This document shows positions 12,201-24,700 of a DNA stretch of 64,000 bases, piece after piece. The position numbers and the translations under genes were made by a program. Origin of the DNA: Zygnema circumcarinatum SAG 698-1b (lineage: Eukaryota; Plantae; Zygnematophyceae); contig CM074807.1 of the NCBI GenBank assembly GCA_037447605.1, positions 2,862,327 through 2,926,326 of the forward strand, given 5' to 3'. Under the pieces are notes generated by a model. That model saw only the letters and a program-made list of their open reading frames with translations. It was not told the origin of the DNA and did not search any database. How positions within the stretch are numbered: the stretch's first letter is position 1; every line of letters begins with the position of its first letter.

Positions 12201-15200
12201 TCCGAGAGCCTGCTGAGGTTCAGGTCATATACCCTTATCACGTACCCTTCTCGGCTCTTCTTTTGTCTTCCCTCTCTCCCTCTCTCCCTTATGCGGCATT
12301 GCTTTTTTTTTTTTTTTGCGCTTTTTATCGGATCAAATGATCTGTCTCAAGATTGCGTTGTGCATCAAGCCTCTCATTAAGTTAGCTTTAGCGGCATGTG
12401 TTTTTTTTTTTTTTTACCTGTCCAATAATCGTCTTGCAGGTTCTCAGTTTGGGATGAAAGAGTGGTGGTGGAAGTGCAGGGGCCTGAGCAATCCGCAGCG
12501 CTTGCAGTCCTTCGGCACAACATTTTGCCAGTTTTAGCACGAATGGTGGTGGCCCTTAACGAGCCGCAAGTGGTGGGAAAGGTTGCGCTTCTCTTATTGG
12601 AGAGCCTGCAACACGGCGAGGCTGCTTCTCCAAAACCTTTGCGATGTCAGGTATGGGTTTCCTTGCTACCTACATCCCCAGCATTCCATTTTCTGCAAGT
12701 CAAAGGGCACAGATTTTCTCAATGCTTTAGTTTGAAGCGCATTTGAAGCTGATTCTGGGGATAGTTTCGTTTGTCCACAGTTGTCTATGCATGCATAGAT
12801 TGTGCTCTCTGATGAGAATGAGTGACCACCGAAGTAAATGCGCATTGTTGATGAATTTCCACTTTGGGTAAGCATGTTTGGCATTTATCAATCACCAGTG
12901 AGCAGAACCAATGCAAGGTTTTGTAGCTGGAAAATGAATGGGTGAACCCGGAGCAACTGACTGGGAGATAAGCAGGAATTACAGAGTAGCACGGTAGCAG
13001 ACTTCATCTTGCTGCATAGGCATGGCGTTAATACTTCGGGGTCGTCAACTACTTTGCTATTCTTTTCTATCCAAAATACTCTGAACATTTGTGCTGCTGC
13101 ACATCAAACTAATGTTCGCTGGGTCGAAAATGATGGAAAGCCGGCGTATCTTCACTTTCGTTCTGCAGCCCATGTTTATTGGCATTCGGTGAGATCCTTG
13201 TCTGTGACTGTTTTCTTTTTGTGTATGATGACTCCATGCGTAATGTGGCGATGTTCGTGGAGTGTTGCAGGTGCTGTATGCCTTGGCAACCATAGGCAGC
13301 CTCGGCAGTGGAAATGCATATCACGAAGCGGTATCAACCCTAGTGCGAGCCTATGGCCTCGCATGGAGTGACAATGCGAACAGTGACGAGGTCCGCTTGG
13401 AGCGTGAACAGGTATGGTAGTGTTCTCACTCATCGAGAAAACTGCAGGTAAGGCTGGATGATTAAGGGAAAGTCATCCAACGCGCTGTGGGCTCGGATAG
13501 TGGAACGACATATAGACCTTGACCTTTACGTTGTGGGATACCCTTACCACCATTCGCTCAGGTAGTGCGATTGGCGGAATTGGTTGGTCTATTGGAATTT
13601 ACAGATTGACGACTGACTTGGAAACTCATTATGAGAAGGTTTGGATTACTTGACTCAAAGGTTTACTTCTGATGGTCTCCAGGGATGGGGGCTCGTCCCG
13701 GGCTTCAGGCACTGCCCTCTGCACTGCTCGTCATTGCGCGTTCCCTAAAGCAGGCCGAACTGCGGACCGACTTCCGGCAGAGGCTACTCACGCTCTGCAG
13801 TGAGGTGGGCCTCATGGCAGAGGCCAAAAGCTCGGGGTATGTTCCGCTTACTTCTTCACATTAACGCTGTCAGTCTGAAGATACAAGAGTCTCTTTGCTG
13901 TTGCTGCAGCTGGTTCAGCAAGGGCATTGGGGTTTCTGGTCCGGTCAATTAGATGAGGTTTCGAAAATTCAGAATTGAACCCCTTACATAATACAAGAAA
14001 GCTGTTAAGGTTAAGCTGTTGTGCTTGTGCATTGGCGTGAGGAAAATTTGTCAGTGTATTGGCCAGAGACATTGGCCCTTGCATGCCTGGTCATGGATGG
14101 CGTGCAGTATAAGCACTGTGGTTCTGGAGTGTGACATTTCTGATACATGTTTGCACATTAGCTCTCTACACCTCTCTTCTTCGCAGCTTCTTCTCCTTCT
14201 TTGTCACTTCTTCTTTCTTCTTCTCAGCCTCTCTTCTCTACAGCTTTTCCTCCTTTCTTCCTATGGTCAGAAGGAGGGCACCACCTAAACAACCATTGAA
14301 AGAATTGGAGTCTTGATCTGCCTCGTAGAGTGGATTCATTATTGTTCCAGTTTGAACTGTAGTACTTGTCGATTGGACTATAGAAGCCTGTCAGAGCACT
14401 TCATGTTTGGTCTGGTAAGAATGGCCATGCAATGGAGAAAATTATACAGGGTGCAATTCTTCATCCCTGCGAACATTTGAAACGTGTATAACAAAGTATT
14501 ACTAGATGCTTGCCGTGGTATTTAAGGTCTTGATGGCATCCAAAGTGAGCCGCTTTGGATGCCCTTCCTTTCCAGTCGTTGTTTGCTCATGTGACTATGA
14601 TTCACTAGCGTGTTTCCATGCACTTGTTCCGTTTGCCCCGGGCCCACTTCCGCGCACTTTCAGGAGCGGCGCAAGCATGCTTGGTCCTCTTCTTCCGGCT
14701 GTTGCGGAGACCTGCCGAGATGTGAATCCTACGGCAGATGTGCCGCTGCCGGTGCTCAAGTTGTATCGCAATTTATGGTTCTATATCGCACTCTATGGTT
14801 TAGCCCCTCCCATAGCATCAGGAGGACAGCTGAGCACGACGTATTCGCAGCAGAAACAGTTGGGCGGTTCATCTCCAGGCCTTGCAAGTTCTGGTGGGAG
14901 CTCAGCCAGTCTGCTTGCCGTTTCAGGCCCTTATCAGTGGAATCCGTTGTGGGCTGAAGCTGTGCAATGCATTGCGGAAGGGAGTCCTCCCCTGGTAAGT
15001 TTCTTTTGGAGATACATGAAAGGAATGGGGCAGTGTTGACCTTCCTCGCATGCTGTGTGTCTTACCTATGTGAACCATTTTTGCATGATGACGAAAATAC
15101 TGATCTGTAGTTTGGGCTTTGTCGAGGTAACTTCATGATTCGAGATGTCAGGCGTTGTAAAATCAGCTCTGTGGTGGATTTATTCCTTTTTCAGGTGGTC

Positions 15201-18200
15201 GGTGCTGCTGCCAAGTGGCTGGAGGACGAGCTGGAGTTAAGCGCACTACACAACGCGGGCAGTCGGAGGGGCAGCGCAAGCGAGGCCGCCGCCCGTGCGC
15301 AGAGGCAGGCCCTCCTGGAGGCGCTGGGGGGGCGTGTGCCCCTAGCGGCTATGAGCACCATTTCTGGTACATTGTGCAATGCCTGCAGTAAAGGCTGCTT
15401 GCTTAGGAAGTAATGGAGCCTCAACAGTGGTAGGCCTTGTGGGATCAGTTCACATACATGATCTTTCCACTTTGTTTTCGGGAACTTTGTTCGTTGGCTG
15501 GGGTGCGGAGTCGGCGACATGCCTTGCGTCTGTACTACTTATTGCGTAAAGGACGCGTATCGGAGCTTCTAGTTTCATCAATACCGACATCGTGGCATAT
15601 TCTACGTAGACATCGCCTCGTGGCATTTGCATCATATGACGACTCACACTGTAATTGTCCGTCAAGAGCTGCCTGCATTGGTATTTGGCGCGTCCTTATG
15701 GGCTAACTGCTGCAGAGCATTGAAGCAAAGTGGATCAATCCTACTATAGTGTTGCAAACCTGTTCGTTGCCACTCCTACTAATTCTTAGCATTCATCGAC
15801 AAGATAGATAAATACCCAGATAAATGGGTTATTTCAAGAGATGGTTTTTGCCCCTTCAGTTATGCACATGCTTATGTCAAATTTAAGGGCGTACTTCTGT
15901 AAAAACAGTCGATCTTCAGTGCAGTAAGATTACGAATGGTGGTAAAGGGTGTAGTTGACATTTGGCGATGAGTTTGGATGGATGGAGGGACAGTGGTGAA
16001 GGCGACTTATCTGCTGTCGGTGGCCTCGCTGGAAATTCTTCGCGTATCGAGAAGCGGAGGAGTGTTGCAGGGGCACATCGCGGGAGGGGCGAGTAGCAGC
16101 ACCCTCTCCTGCAGCTTCGCGTATGCGGATGTGCCCACCCTCCAACCGGCTGTGCGCCAATGCCTGCTCGCTGTTATCGAGGGGACTTTCGATGCAGTCA
16201 TGGCCGCTCTGGTAACTTTCCTTAACCTTTCTGCTTGCTGCCCATATGATTCCTCTGTTGAACTCTCGACTGTTTGAAAAGCTTGTCGTCCTACTTCCCG
16301 GAGTTGGTCTTTGTTTGCGCCTGCTGCTTTGTTCCTGTGGGGAAGTGGGGCTGCTGTTGGAATTTTTCGTATTCTTGTGCATGAATGTAAGACTGGAGAG
16401 CAGTCTGTGGGGCTTTTGCCAGGAGAGCGCGCCCAGGGCCGGACCGGCAGCAGAGAAATATGATGCGACTCTTGCCTCGCATGCATGTTTCCTGATTGGC
16501 CTGCACAGCAAGCAGCAGGACCAACTCGGTGATCTTGCCAGGAAGCTTCTGAGACGCTTGCGGAATCAATTCCCACAGGTACTCACTTGCCTGCCTACGT
16601 GCATTTGTCCCTGTCATTTCCTGATGATGAGGATGCCTTTGTGCAGCTTAAGGGCATACCTTCAAGGGCATGTTTTAATCCAATAAGCTACTCATGCAGA
16701 ACATGTGAATGGTACATCTTTTGGGTTTTGTGGGCAGGTTCTATGGAATCAGAGCTGCATTGAAGCAGTTTTACAACTGCTGCCTGATGTAGGGCCTTCC
16801 TGGAGAGGGGACGATCCTTCCGCGGGCACAATAAGCCGTGAAGATGCTCAGAAGCAAGTGCAGGAGTGGCTCACTTCCGCTATGGCCCTCGCCCCCGCCA
16901 GCAGCCAAGCGCTGCTACAGGTCGGCTTTCAGAAGTCCTCACCTTTGCATGTGTTGAAGTCTACGAGTGGTCAATCCGTATCACTTTTGACAGCCTTTTG
17001 ACTGTCTCTCTCAGTCTTTGATGAATAATCTCGTGTCAATAGCATGAAATTTCAGTTCGGATAGAGTGGCTGCTGGCATCGGCAGTGGACGACAGCTAAA
17101 AGGGATTTTGTCAGTCTATCGACCATAGGAACGAAGTAGGCGTAGTGACGAACTGCCATTGAGTGTATGGTGGGCTTTAGGAGCTCCTCCGGAATGCGAA
17201 TTTGAAGACGGGCGATCTCGTGGGCCTTTTCCCTCGCGGGGACACCCTCGGCCGCGGTCAAACACAGGCTGCCAGCATGCTCTCTGCGGCAAATGCCGCA
17301 TCGGCCGCTGCGGCAGGAGCAGGTGCTGCTCATTTCCTCGTCTTATCAATGTTCGGTAATACGTTTTTCACAAGAAACAGACTTCAGCTCTCCTTTGTCA
17401 AACATCGGTGTTTCTGTTGTTTCCTCGTACTTTTTGCGCAGATGGGCATCGTTTTGGCAAGTGGGTTACCGACGTTCTCCCAGCCAGCATAAAGTCAGCC
17501 ACTGTTAAATCGCAGTCGGCAGGAGAGATAGTGGGGATGATGAAACTGGCTGCAACTCTTGCATCAGGTCTGGACTTTGAGGAAACCGCAGATTCAACTG
17601 CCGTCGCAAATAGTGTAGATAAAGGCCTTGTAAACCGGTTCGTGGCTCATCTTCAACGCTATGTTATCGCAGCTCAGAAGGGAGTGCAAATAAATGCAGC
17701 TAAATTCCGGGAAGCATGTATACAAGCAGCTTCACTTCTCCTATTTGAACAGGTGAGTGTTCTCCTTCTGGGATGGCAGCTTGTCAGGAAGCCTCTGAGT
17801 AATTAAGGGGAACGACGGCTGGCTATACGGCTCTGTAGTTCGGAAAGCTTAGACCTTTCCGGTGCACTTAAGGCAATCTTTTGTCGACCCCATGACATTG
17901 TGGCGGTTTTCAATCTCCACCCACATTCAAAGCCAATAGCTGAAACGGGTTTTTGTCGGATACAGAAGTGAACTTCACCCGAATGCATTATGTCTTTCTT
18001 AATCTCCAGTGGGTCCCATTCCATGGAACAGTCTAGACTGCCCCTCCATCACCTTACGTAAAGTAAAGTCTTCCTCACCCGACTCATGCAGGGCTCATGG
18101 CAATCCGCCGCCCCCGAAGGCTATGTACAGCTCCTTCGTCTCGTGTGTTGGAGTCCCGTCCGCCTCTTCACCAGAGAGGCTTTAGAGGCAGGAGTCTTTG

Positions 18201-21200
18201 TATGGGCATGGCTGTTAGCGGCACAGCCCGCCCTCAGCGTGCCCGTGCTCGCAGAGCTGGTCGACGCGTGGCGATGGGCGGGGGAGCAGCAAAAGGGACT
18301 CTTTGCTTCCAACTCAAACTGTGAGGGGCCGCGAGCAGAACTCAAGCCTCATCTTGTGGCGGGGGAGGCGGAAGCATCGCCGGAGGGAGACCTAGTGGAT
18401 GGCATCGCAGCTCATCACGTGTGGCTAGGGTTTTTCATTGATAAATATGAGGTCGGTGTTTTGTTTTTTGTTTGAAGTGTCATGCGATTCGGTTGCTGAA
18501 CTCAAGAGAAGTTTAACAGGAAGATTGGGAGTTGCATGCAAGCAAGTTCAAGTAGGGTAGTGAACTTATGCAATAGGCCGTAGTCTGTAGATCCCATTTC
18601 GTAATCTGATCGGATTCTTCAGCCCTCTTTGAAATCAGGTGTTGAGGCACAGCAGCGTGGAAGCGGTAGCGCTCATTTCTCGACTGCTACAGACCTCCCT
18701 GCACAACCCCTCGGGCCTCTGCCTCCATCCCGCGGCTGGGAGTGCGGTGTACAGTTTGCTTTGGTTTGCCCTGCATTGTGCAACAGAGCAGCTTCCGCAC
18801 ACTCCGCCAGCAGGAAAAATGGCTTGGAATCTGCTCAAGGCAAAAGTGCATCGGTGAGTTGCTAGTTTCAACGTGCTACAGTTGACTAACAAATAGTTTC
18901 TATAATTTTTTTTTAAGTGATTAGGAAGTTTCTCAGTTACCTCTGCTGTTTTCCTTCTCGCCCTCCCTCTGCTAGTAATGAGCTTATATAGCCCGAAGTT
19001 AATGGAGGAAGAATTTTGTAGCTGCCGGCTGGACAGATATGTTAGCATCCTGCCCCATGAGTCTGCTTGATCTTCATCACATCCCTGTTACTATTTTCTC
19101 GTTCTGCATGGGAACCTGCCGGCCGATGCTAGTTATTTTTATTCAGTGCTGTATGCCCCGCAGACCTTCATATTCTGTTCTCAGCTACTGAGGTTGCCCC
19201 ATTGCTCACTGCCCCATTTGACCTGCGATCTCTTTCAAAGATCAGTTCTCTTCTTTGTACAATCAGAGAAGGCAGCTGAGACCGCTCGTGCTAGCAGTAG
19301 GCCCTTCTTTTCATGTGTATTAAGATAAAACAAAGGTGATGTGGATTATGGCGAGAGCTGAATGGAGCAATGCGGCTGCATATGCAGGGCGGCATTGGCG
19401 CGATTTTCAGTCCCTCCTTCATGGTATGACGGAGGAGGCATATCACTCACAGAAGCAGAAGGTCGGTCACTAGAGCGATTTGTGAAGCTGCTTGAGAGCG
19501 AGGAGATGGATCGGGACTTTGGGAAAGGACGCGCAAATGCTGCTCAGGTGGGCCATATTTGTATCTGTTTGTGAGGATGCAAACGGCAATCTGCATTCTG
19601 TATTCCTTTTCATACTCCCCAAGCTCGCAATTTGTCGGCTATTTCCCAATTGTTCAGTAAAGTGTGGTTATATGCATCCCGGGTAGCAGGCCCCTCATCC
19701 CGTGTGGGGTACATCCGACCAAGATGCCGCCGTGCAGCGACGCAGAAGGCGGCAACTTCTGTTACTTCTTTGTTCTCACGAACAAGATAGACTGGATACA
19801 TGGGCTCAGCCACTCAAGTGAGCACCTTTCACTCTCCTCCCTTCCCTCAGATCCAAACGCTGCTACAACTGTAAATGGGCAAGGTTGAAGTATCTAAGCT
19901 TTTGCCAATGTTCCGCAGGGACACAATGCCCATTCGCATTCGCTCGAGTGCGGTGAGTGCAGAGCAGTGGACAGAGCACGCGCGCACTGCATGGGCTGTG
20001 GACCCTCGCATTGCTATCTTCATGCTTGGCAGATTTTCAGAAAACAGTTTTTTGAGGGCTGAGGTCAACGCCCTGGTCAAGGTGCGTTTGGGCACACCTT
20101 AGACTCTCCCAGAATTGTGGACATTGGATCTGTTCTACCAAGATCAGATCCTACCCTCCGTTTTGCCTAATTTTCTGTCCGCTAAATTTGTGGAAGAAAG
20201 GATCGGTGGCTGCCTTTTACAACGGAAAAACCCATGCAGGGGTTGAAGGTAAAGCACAGTATCAGCCTCCCTGACATGAGGCCGCTCTTTGTCTCTGAGC
20301 CGACAGGGGGGCATCAAGGAGATATGGAGCATTCCTGAAGCTATTCCCTTGTTTGTCACGCCGACCGCTGTAGAGGAAGACTCGCCCTTACTACAGCAGC
20401 TCCCTTATTGGACTCCGTGCTCCATAACTGCAGCTTTGGAGCTACTTACCCCGCCCTACAAGGGCCATCCTCGCGTGATGGCATACGTTTTGCGAGTGCT
20501 GGAGGGATACCCGCCGGAGAGGGTGACAGCATTCATGCCCCAATTGGTGCAAGCTCTGAGATATGACAACGAGGTGAAGCTGTGGGCTTTGGCAAAGTTC
20601 TATCTTGTGAATTGTCTCCAGCCTGTACTATCAGCCTGTGCTCCACCCCCTCATGCAATGCTGGAGAGTGCTGGTCTGAATGACTGGGCAGTCCGTTGAC
20701 AGAGGAGACACTGCTTGCTGTTGTGCAGGGTTTGGTGGAAGACTACCTTTTGATCGCAGCGCAGAAGAGCAACTTGTTTGCTCACATTCTTATTTGGCAG
20801 CTGCAGGTACTGTGACTTTTTCAGCGTCTTCTGTTCTGTGCATCTGCATCTGCAAACAGTTGTGGTGACCGTAGTTAACCGTTCTTGTTGATGTCCTATT
20901 GTTTATCTGTTAATAAGAAGGGGAATGGGGGAGCTTTTGGCGGTTAGGGTGAAGAGGCTCCAACAGAAGATGCTGTTAGCAAACCTGCAGAAGCCTCAAA
21001 GGTGGGACACATATCGCTTGTGAATTCATCTTGAAAGTGAGATCCTTTTTTGTATCGTGTATCCTGAAAATCTGTTCTTGCATCAAATTGCATGCTGTCT
21101 GTCTCTCTCCCCTTGTGCCAGGATAGTTTCTCGTATATAAAGGGCGTGCACTGAGTTTGAGGATGGTCGCTACTCTATCAGGTTCCAACCAACTTGCTGT

Positions 21201-23430
21201 ATGAGATTGTACCGAAAGTTCGACAACGGATCATCGACAGCTTCTCGCCAGAAGCTCGTGGTGCCTTTGAACGCGAGTTTAAATTCTTTGACGATGTAAC
21301 ATCCATATCGGGAACCCTGAAGCCAATACCAAAAGATCAGCGGCGGGCAGCTCTACAGCAGTAATGCTCATCTCGTCCCTTCACTTTTCATGGCACCACA
21401 TCTGCCATGTACCTACACATATAGCACAGCAGTGTCTTGATTTGTCAACTGAATGGTCTAAGAAGAAAGTTTGCTCCGAGAGACAGACTTCGTTCCGACA
21501 ACTGAATGGACGACGCCTGCTTGCAGGGAGTTGGAAATGGTTCGATTGGAGGGCGACGATGTGTATTTACCCACTGCCCCCCACTTGCTGGTGAGAGGAG
21601 TAGTGCCCGATTCCGGCATCGCGCTGCAGTCGGCCAAGAAGGTGCCCATCATGGTCACTTTCAACGTGCAAGAGCAGGGACACGGCAGCGAGCACAAGGG
21701 GCTGTGGAGACAAGCCTGCATATTCAAGGCAAGGCCCGCTTCTTCCTTTGCCTCCCTCCAGTCCGGAGGGTTTTTTTTCCTCTGAGAGTTGCAGGTAAGT
21801 GAAAGTCGTAAGTGTAATGCTGTGTCTGAGAGAAAGGCTTTGTCGAGATTCATATTGGCACTCCCATTTGTACCGGCAGGCTTGTAAAATGAGACTCTGC
21901 CAGGGGTTGGTATTTATCTCTTTCCGGCTGACCTCCCCTTGGAGCTGCAGGTGGGCGATGATTGCCGGCAGGACGTGTTGGCGCTGCAAGTCATTGCACT
22001 GCTGCGAGATATCAATAGGGCCTGTGGACTTGACCTCTATCTGTTTCCATATGGGGTTCTGCCTACCGGCTATGAGCGGGGCATCATTGAGGTGGTTCTC
22101 CTTCTCTCTTCATCAATCGAACTCCCTTAAATTTTTGTGGAGTATCTTTGGATAAAGATCTTATGGGAATGCTGAAATTCAAGCATTTGTGCATCTTGAT
22201 GGATGATCTGACTATGAAGCAGGATATCAGACTCAAATGCTTTTATTGAAAAGGGAGGGAGGATATGACAAGCATTACGAGCCATATTGTCCTTTTGTCT
22301 GGTTGTAGGCCCTCGGCATAGGCTGCATGCTATAGTATCTTCCTTTGACTATTGTAAGCTGCATAGCTATGATGCTTACATATGCCAGAGAAGCTGGCGA
22401 ATGCCTGTTTGCAGGTTGTACCCAACACTCGGAGCCGCAATCAGATGTTTGAGATCACAGATGCCGGACTGCTTGAACTTTTCCAGCAAGAGTATGGGCC
22501 GGTGGGAAGCCCTGGTTTTGAGGCAGCTCGTTTGAACTTCATCAACAGCAGTGCCGGCTATGCAGTGGCGAGCCTCCTGCTGCAGCCCAAGGACCGTCAC
22601 AATGGCAACCTTCTATTTGACAGGTAGCCATCATGCATAAGCACTAGTTAGAATAGCAGGCCCCAACAGATCGGAGGATTTTTGCAGCGTTTCATGCGAA
22701 AAGCCACAATGGGGTGGGCTCCCTGTGGAAAAAAGGGCTGTTCGCTCCACCTTCTAGAAAAGACGTTTGCAGGAGTCTACCGACAAACGGATGAGTGTGA
22801 TGAATGTATGCAGGGATGGACGGCTCGTTCACATTGACTTCGGTTTCCTTCTTGAAACATCTCCTGGTGGGAATATGCGATTCGAGAGTGCAGCTTTTAA
22901 GCTCAGCTATGAAATGACACAGATTCTTGACCCGTCAGGGGCTATGAAGAGCGAGCCGTGGTATCGGTTCGTGAGGTGAGTGATGTTGGCTTATGGTTAA
23001 AGCACACTCTGTCGTTACTCCATCCCCGCATCTGTTATGCATGCTTGTCACAGACACTTACTCTTTAGTCATTCACTCCTTAGCTCGTGGTTCTGGAGTT
23101 TTCCTTATTCCTATATGCTTCTTTTCAGAGTTAGGAATGGACACGAAGCGGATGTTTCTTTGGTGGTGCAGTCTGTGCGTGAAGGGCTACCTCGCTGCTC
23201 GGCAGCACATGGACGGCATCCTCTCCACCGTCCAGCTCATGGCGGACAGTGGCCTGCCCTGCTTTAGCAGAGGGGACCCAATGGGGAACCTCCGGAAGCG
23301 GTTTCATCCCGAGATGAATGAGAGGGAGGCGGCCAACTTCATGATCACAACGTGTACAGACGCCTACAACAAGTGGACCACTGCGGGCTATGACCTCATC
23401 CAGTATCTGCAACAGGGCATTGAGAGATAG
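9295..23430 (+). CDS. PI4KA: Phosphatidylinositol 4-kinase alpha (type III alpha), about 24 exons
   Basis: The C-terminal helical and catalytic domains are clear: [39 protein letters not shown]|[108 protein letters not shown]. Upstream exons ([39 protein letters not shown]) match the plant PI4Kalpha N-terminal region. Confidence 0.95.
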
Positions 23431-24177
23431 GCTTCCTGGGAGCGAGGGAGATAGGGGAGGGGGGAGGGGGGCACGCAGGTTCATAGCATTTTTGGCGGCT
23501 CAATTGATTAATTATCGTTAGAGGAATAACACAATTAGTCTGATGCCACCTAGTTCCTGCTGAGAAATAGGGCTGGAAGTTTGTAGGTGATCAGGCGATT
23601 TGAGCATGGGCTGAACAAGGTGAGCAGGTGCTTCGGCTGAATGTTGCATCAGATGATGCGCTTAGAAAGAGGGCGGGGCGCTGATTGGGCTGCCTTTCAT
23701 CTCTGTAAGAAACATGAAGACGCAGAATTTTCTGTCGCCAGTCGTGCCGCGGAATGTCAGTGGCTTTGATGTGGTGATGTGAAGGAGTTAGATTAATTTT
23801 GTGTGGCTCGTACGGCACTTGTATGGGCAGCAGCGTGTAGGGCACTTCCATAGGTTACAGAATGCGGTAATATGGAGAAACCATGGTGCGTGTCTTGTCA
23901 AATGTCGTGCATTGAGACCATGCGGACAGGAGGGGGGACGTGCCCACTCATCAGCAGCTTCGATTCAAAAGTAAGAAAAAAAAAGGTGTCATTTCTTTGG
24001 TCTTAGTAGATCTTTGGAATTGTTTGAAGCGCATCGTGAGTGTGCTTGAGCTTTGCTCATGGCCCGTGAATGACAACAACCATGGAGAGGGATTTTGGAG
24101 CCCTGAGCTCGATCAGTCCCTGGGGGGGCAATGTCTACCCTCACATCTCACATCGGAGACCTTCGCTCTTCTTTCTC

Positions 24178-24317
24178 GAGCCATGTTGTTGTTGGGCCTA
24201 GAAACAGACTCCAGCTCATGGCTTCTACCTTTCGTCCTAGATCCTTTGTGACCAGTTCCTCGTGGTTCCCCATGTTGCTCTTTGCCCCATACATTCGATT
24301 GCCTCGCCATCCGTGAG
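24178..24317 (+). repeat. Dispersed repeat copy A (probable decayed non-LTR retroelement 3' part)
   Basis: The reverse complement of 24178-24202 is identical over 25 bp to 44892-44916. The rest aligns by eye to 44799-44890 and 58080-58162. Confidence 0.6.
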
Positions 24318-24700
24318 ACCAATGCCAATTCCATTCCTCGCAACTTCAGTGGCGCCGTTCCAAAGCGGGCCATGGCCCAAGAAAAGCGACAGGACAGGTC
24401 GTGAGGTCGAAATTTGGTGCAGCAAAAGACTGCGACTGCTTTTTGGAGCGTCCCTCGCCGCCGATCCATTTTGGGCCCAACTGGCTCCTTGACGCTGAAT
24501 TTCTAATTTCTGCCTGGAGGGCTTTTAGCGTGGGCCGTGAGAGCGGGAGTGGATCACAGGTTGCAGCTCTGCGGGAGCTGCTGTGGGCTTGTCTCCGCGC
24601 CACTCTCCCGCCCTGGTTCTGAGTGCCTGTCACAATTCTGTCCTCTTAGGTTCAGGAGGGCATTTGTTTCAGCAGCGAAGGGAGGGATTTGGAGCCAATC

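Noticed and set aside
23591-23851. 86-aa minus-strand ORF between PI4K and pinin
   Set aside because: No recognisable motif or supporting exon structure; it lies next to decayed repeat sequence.
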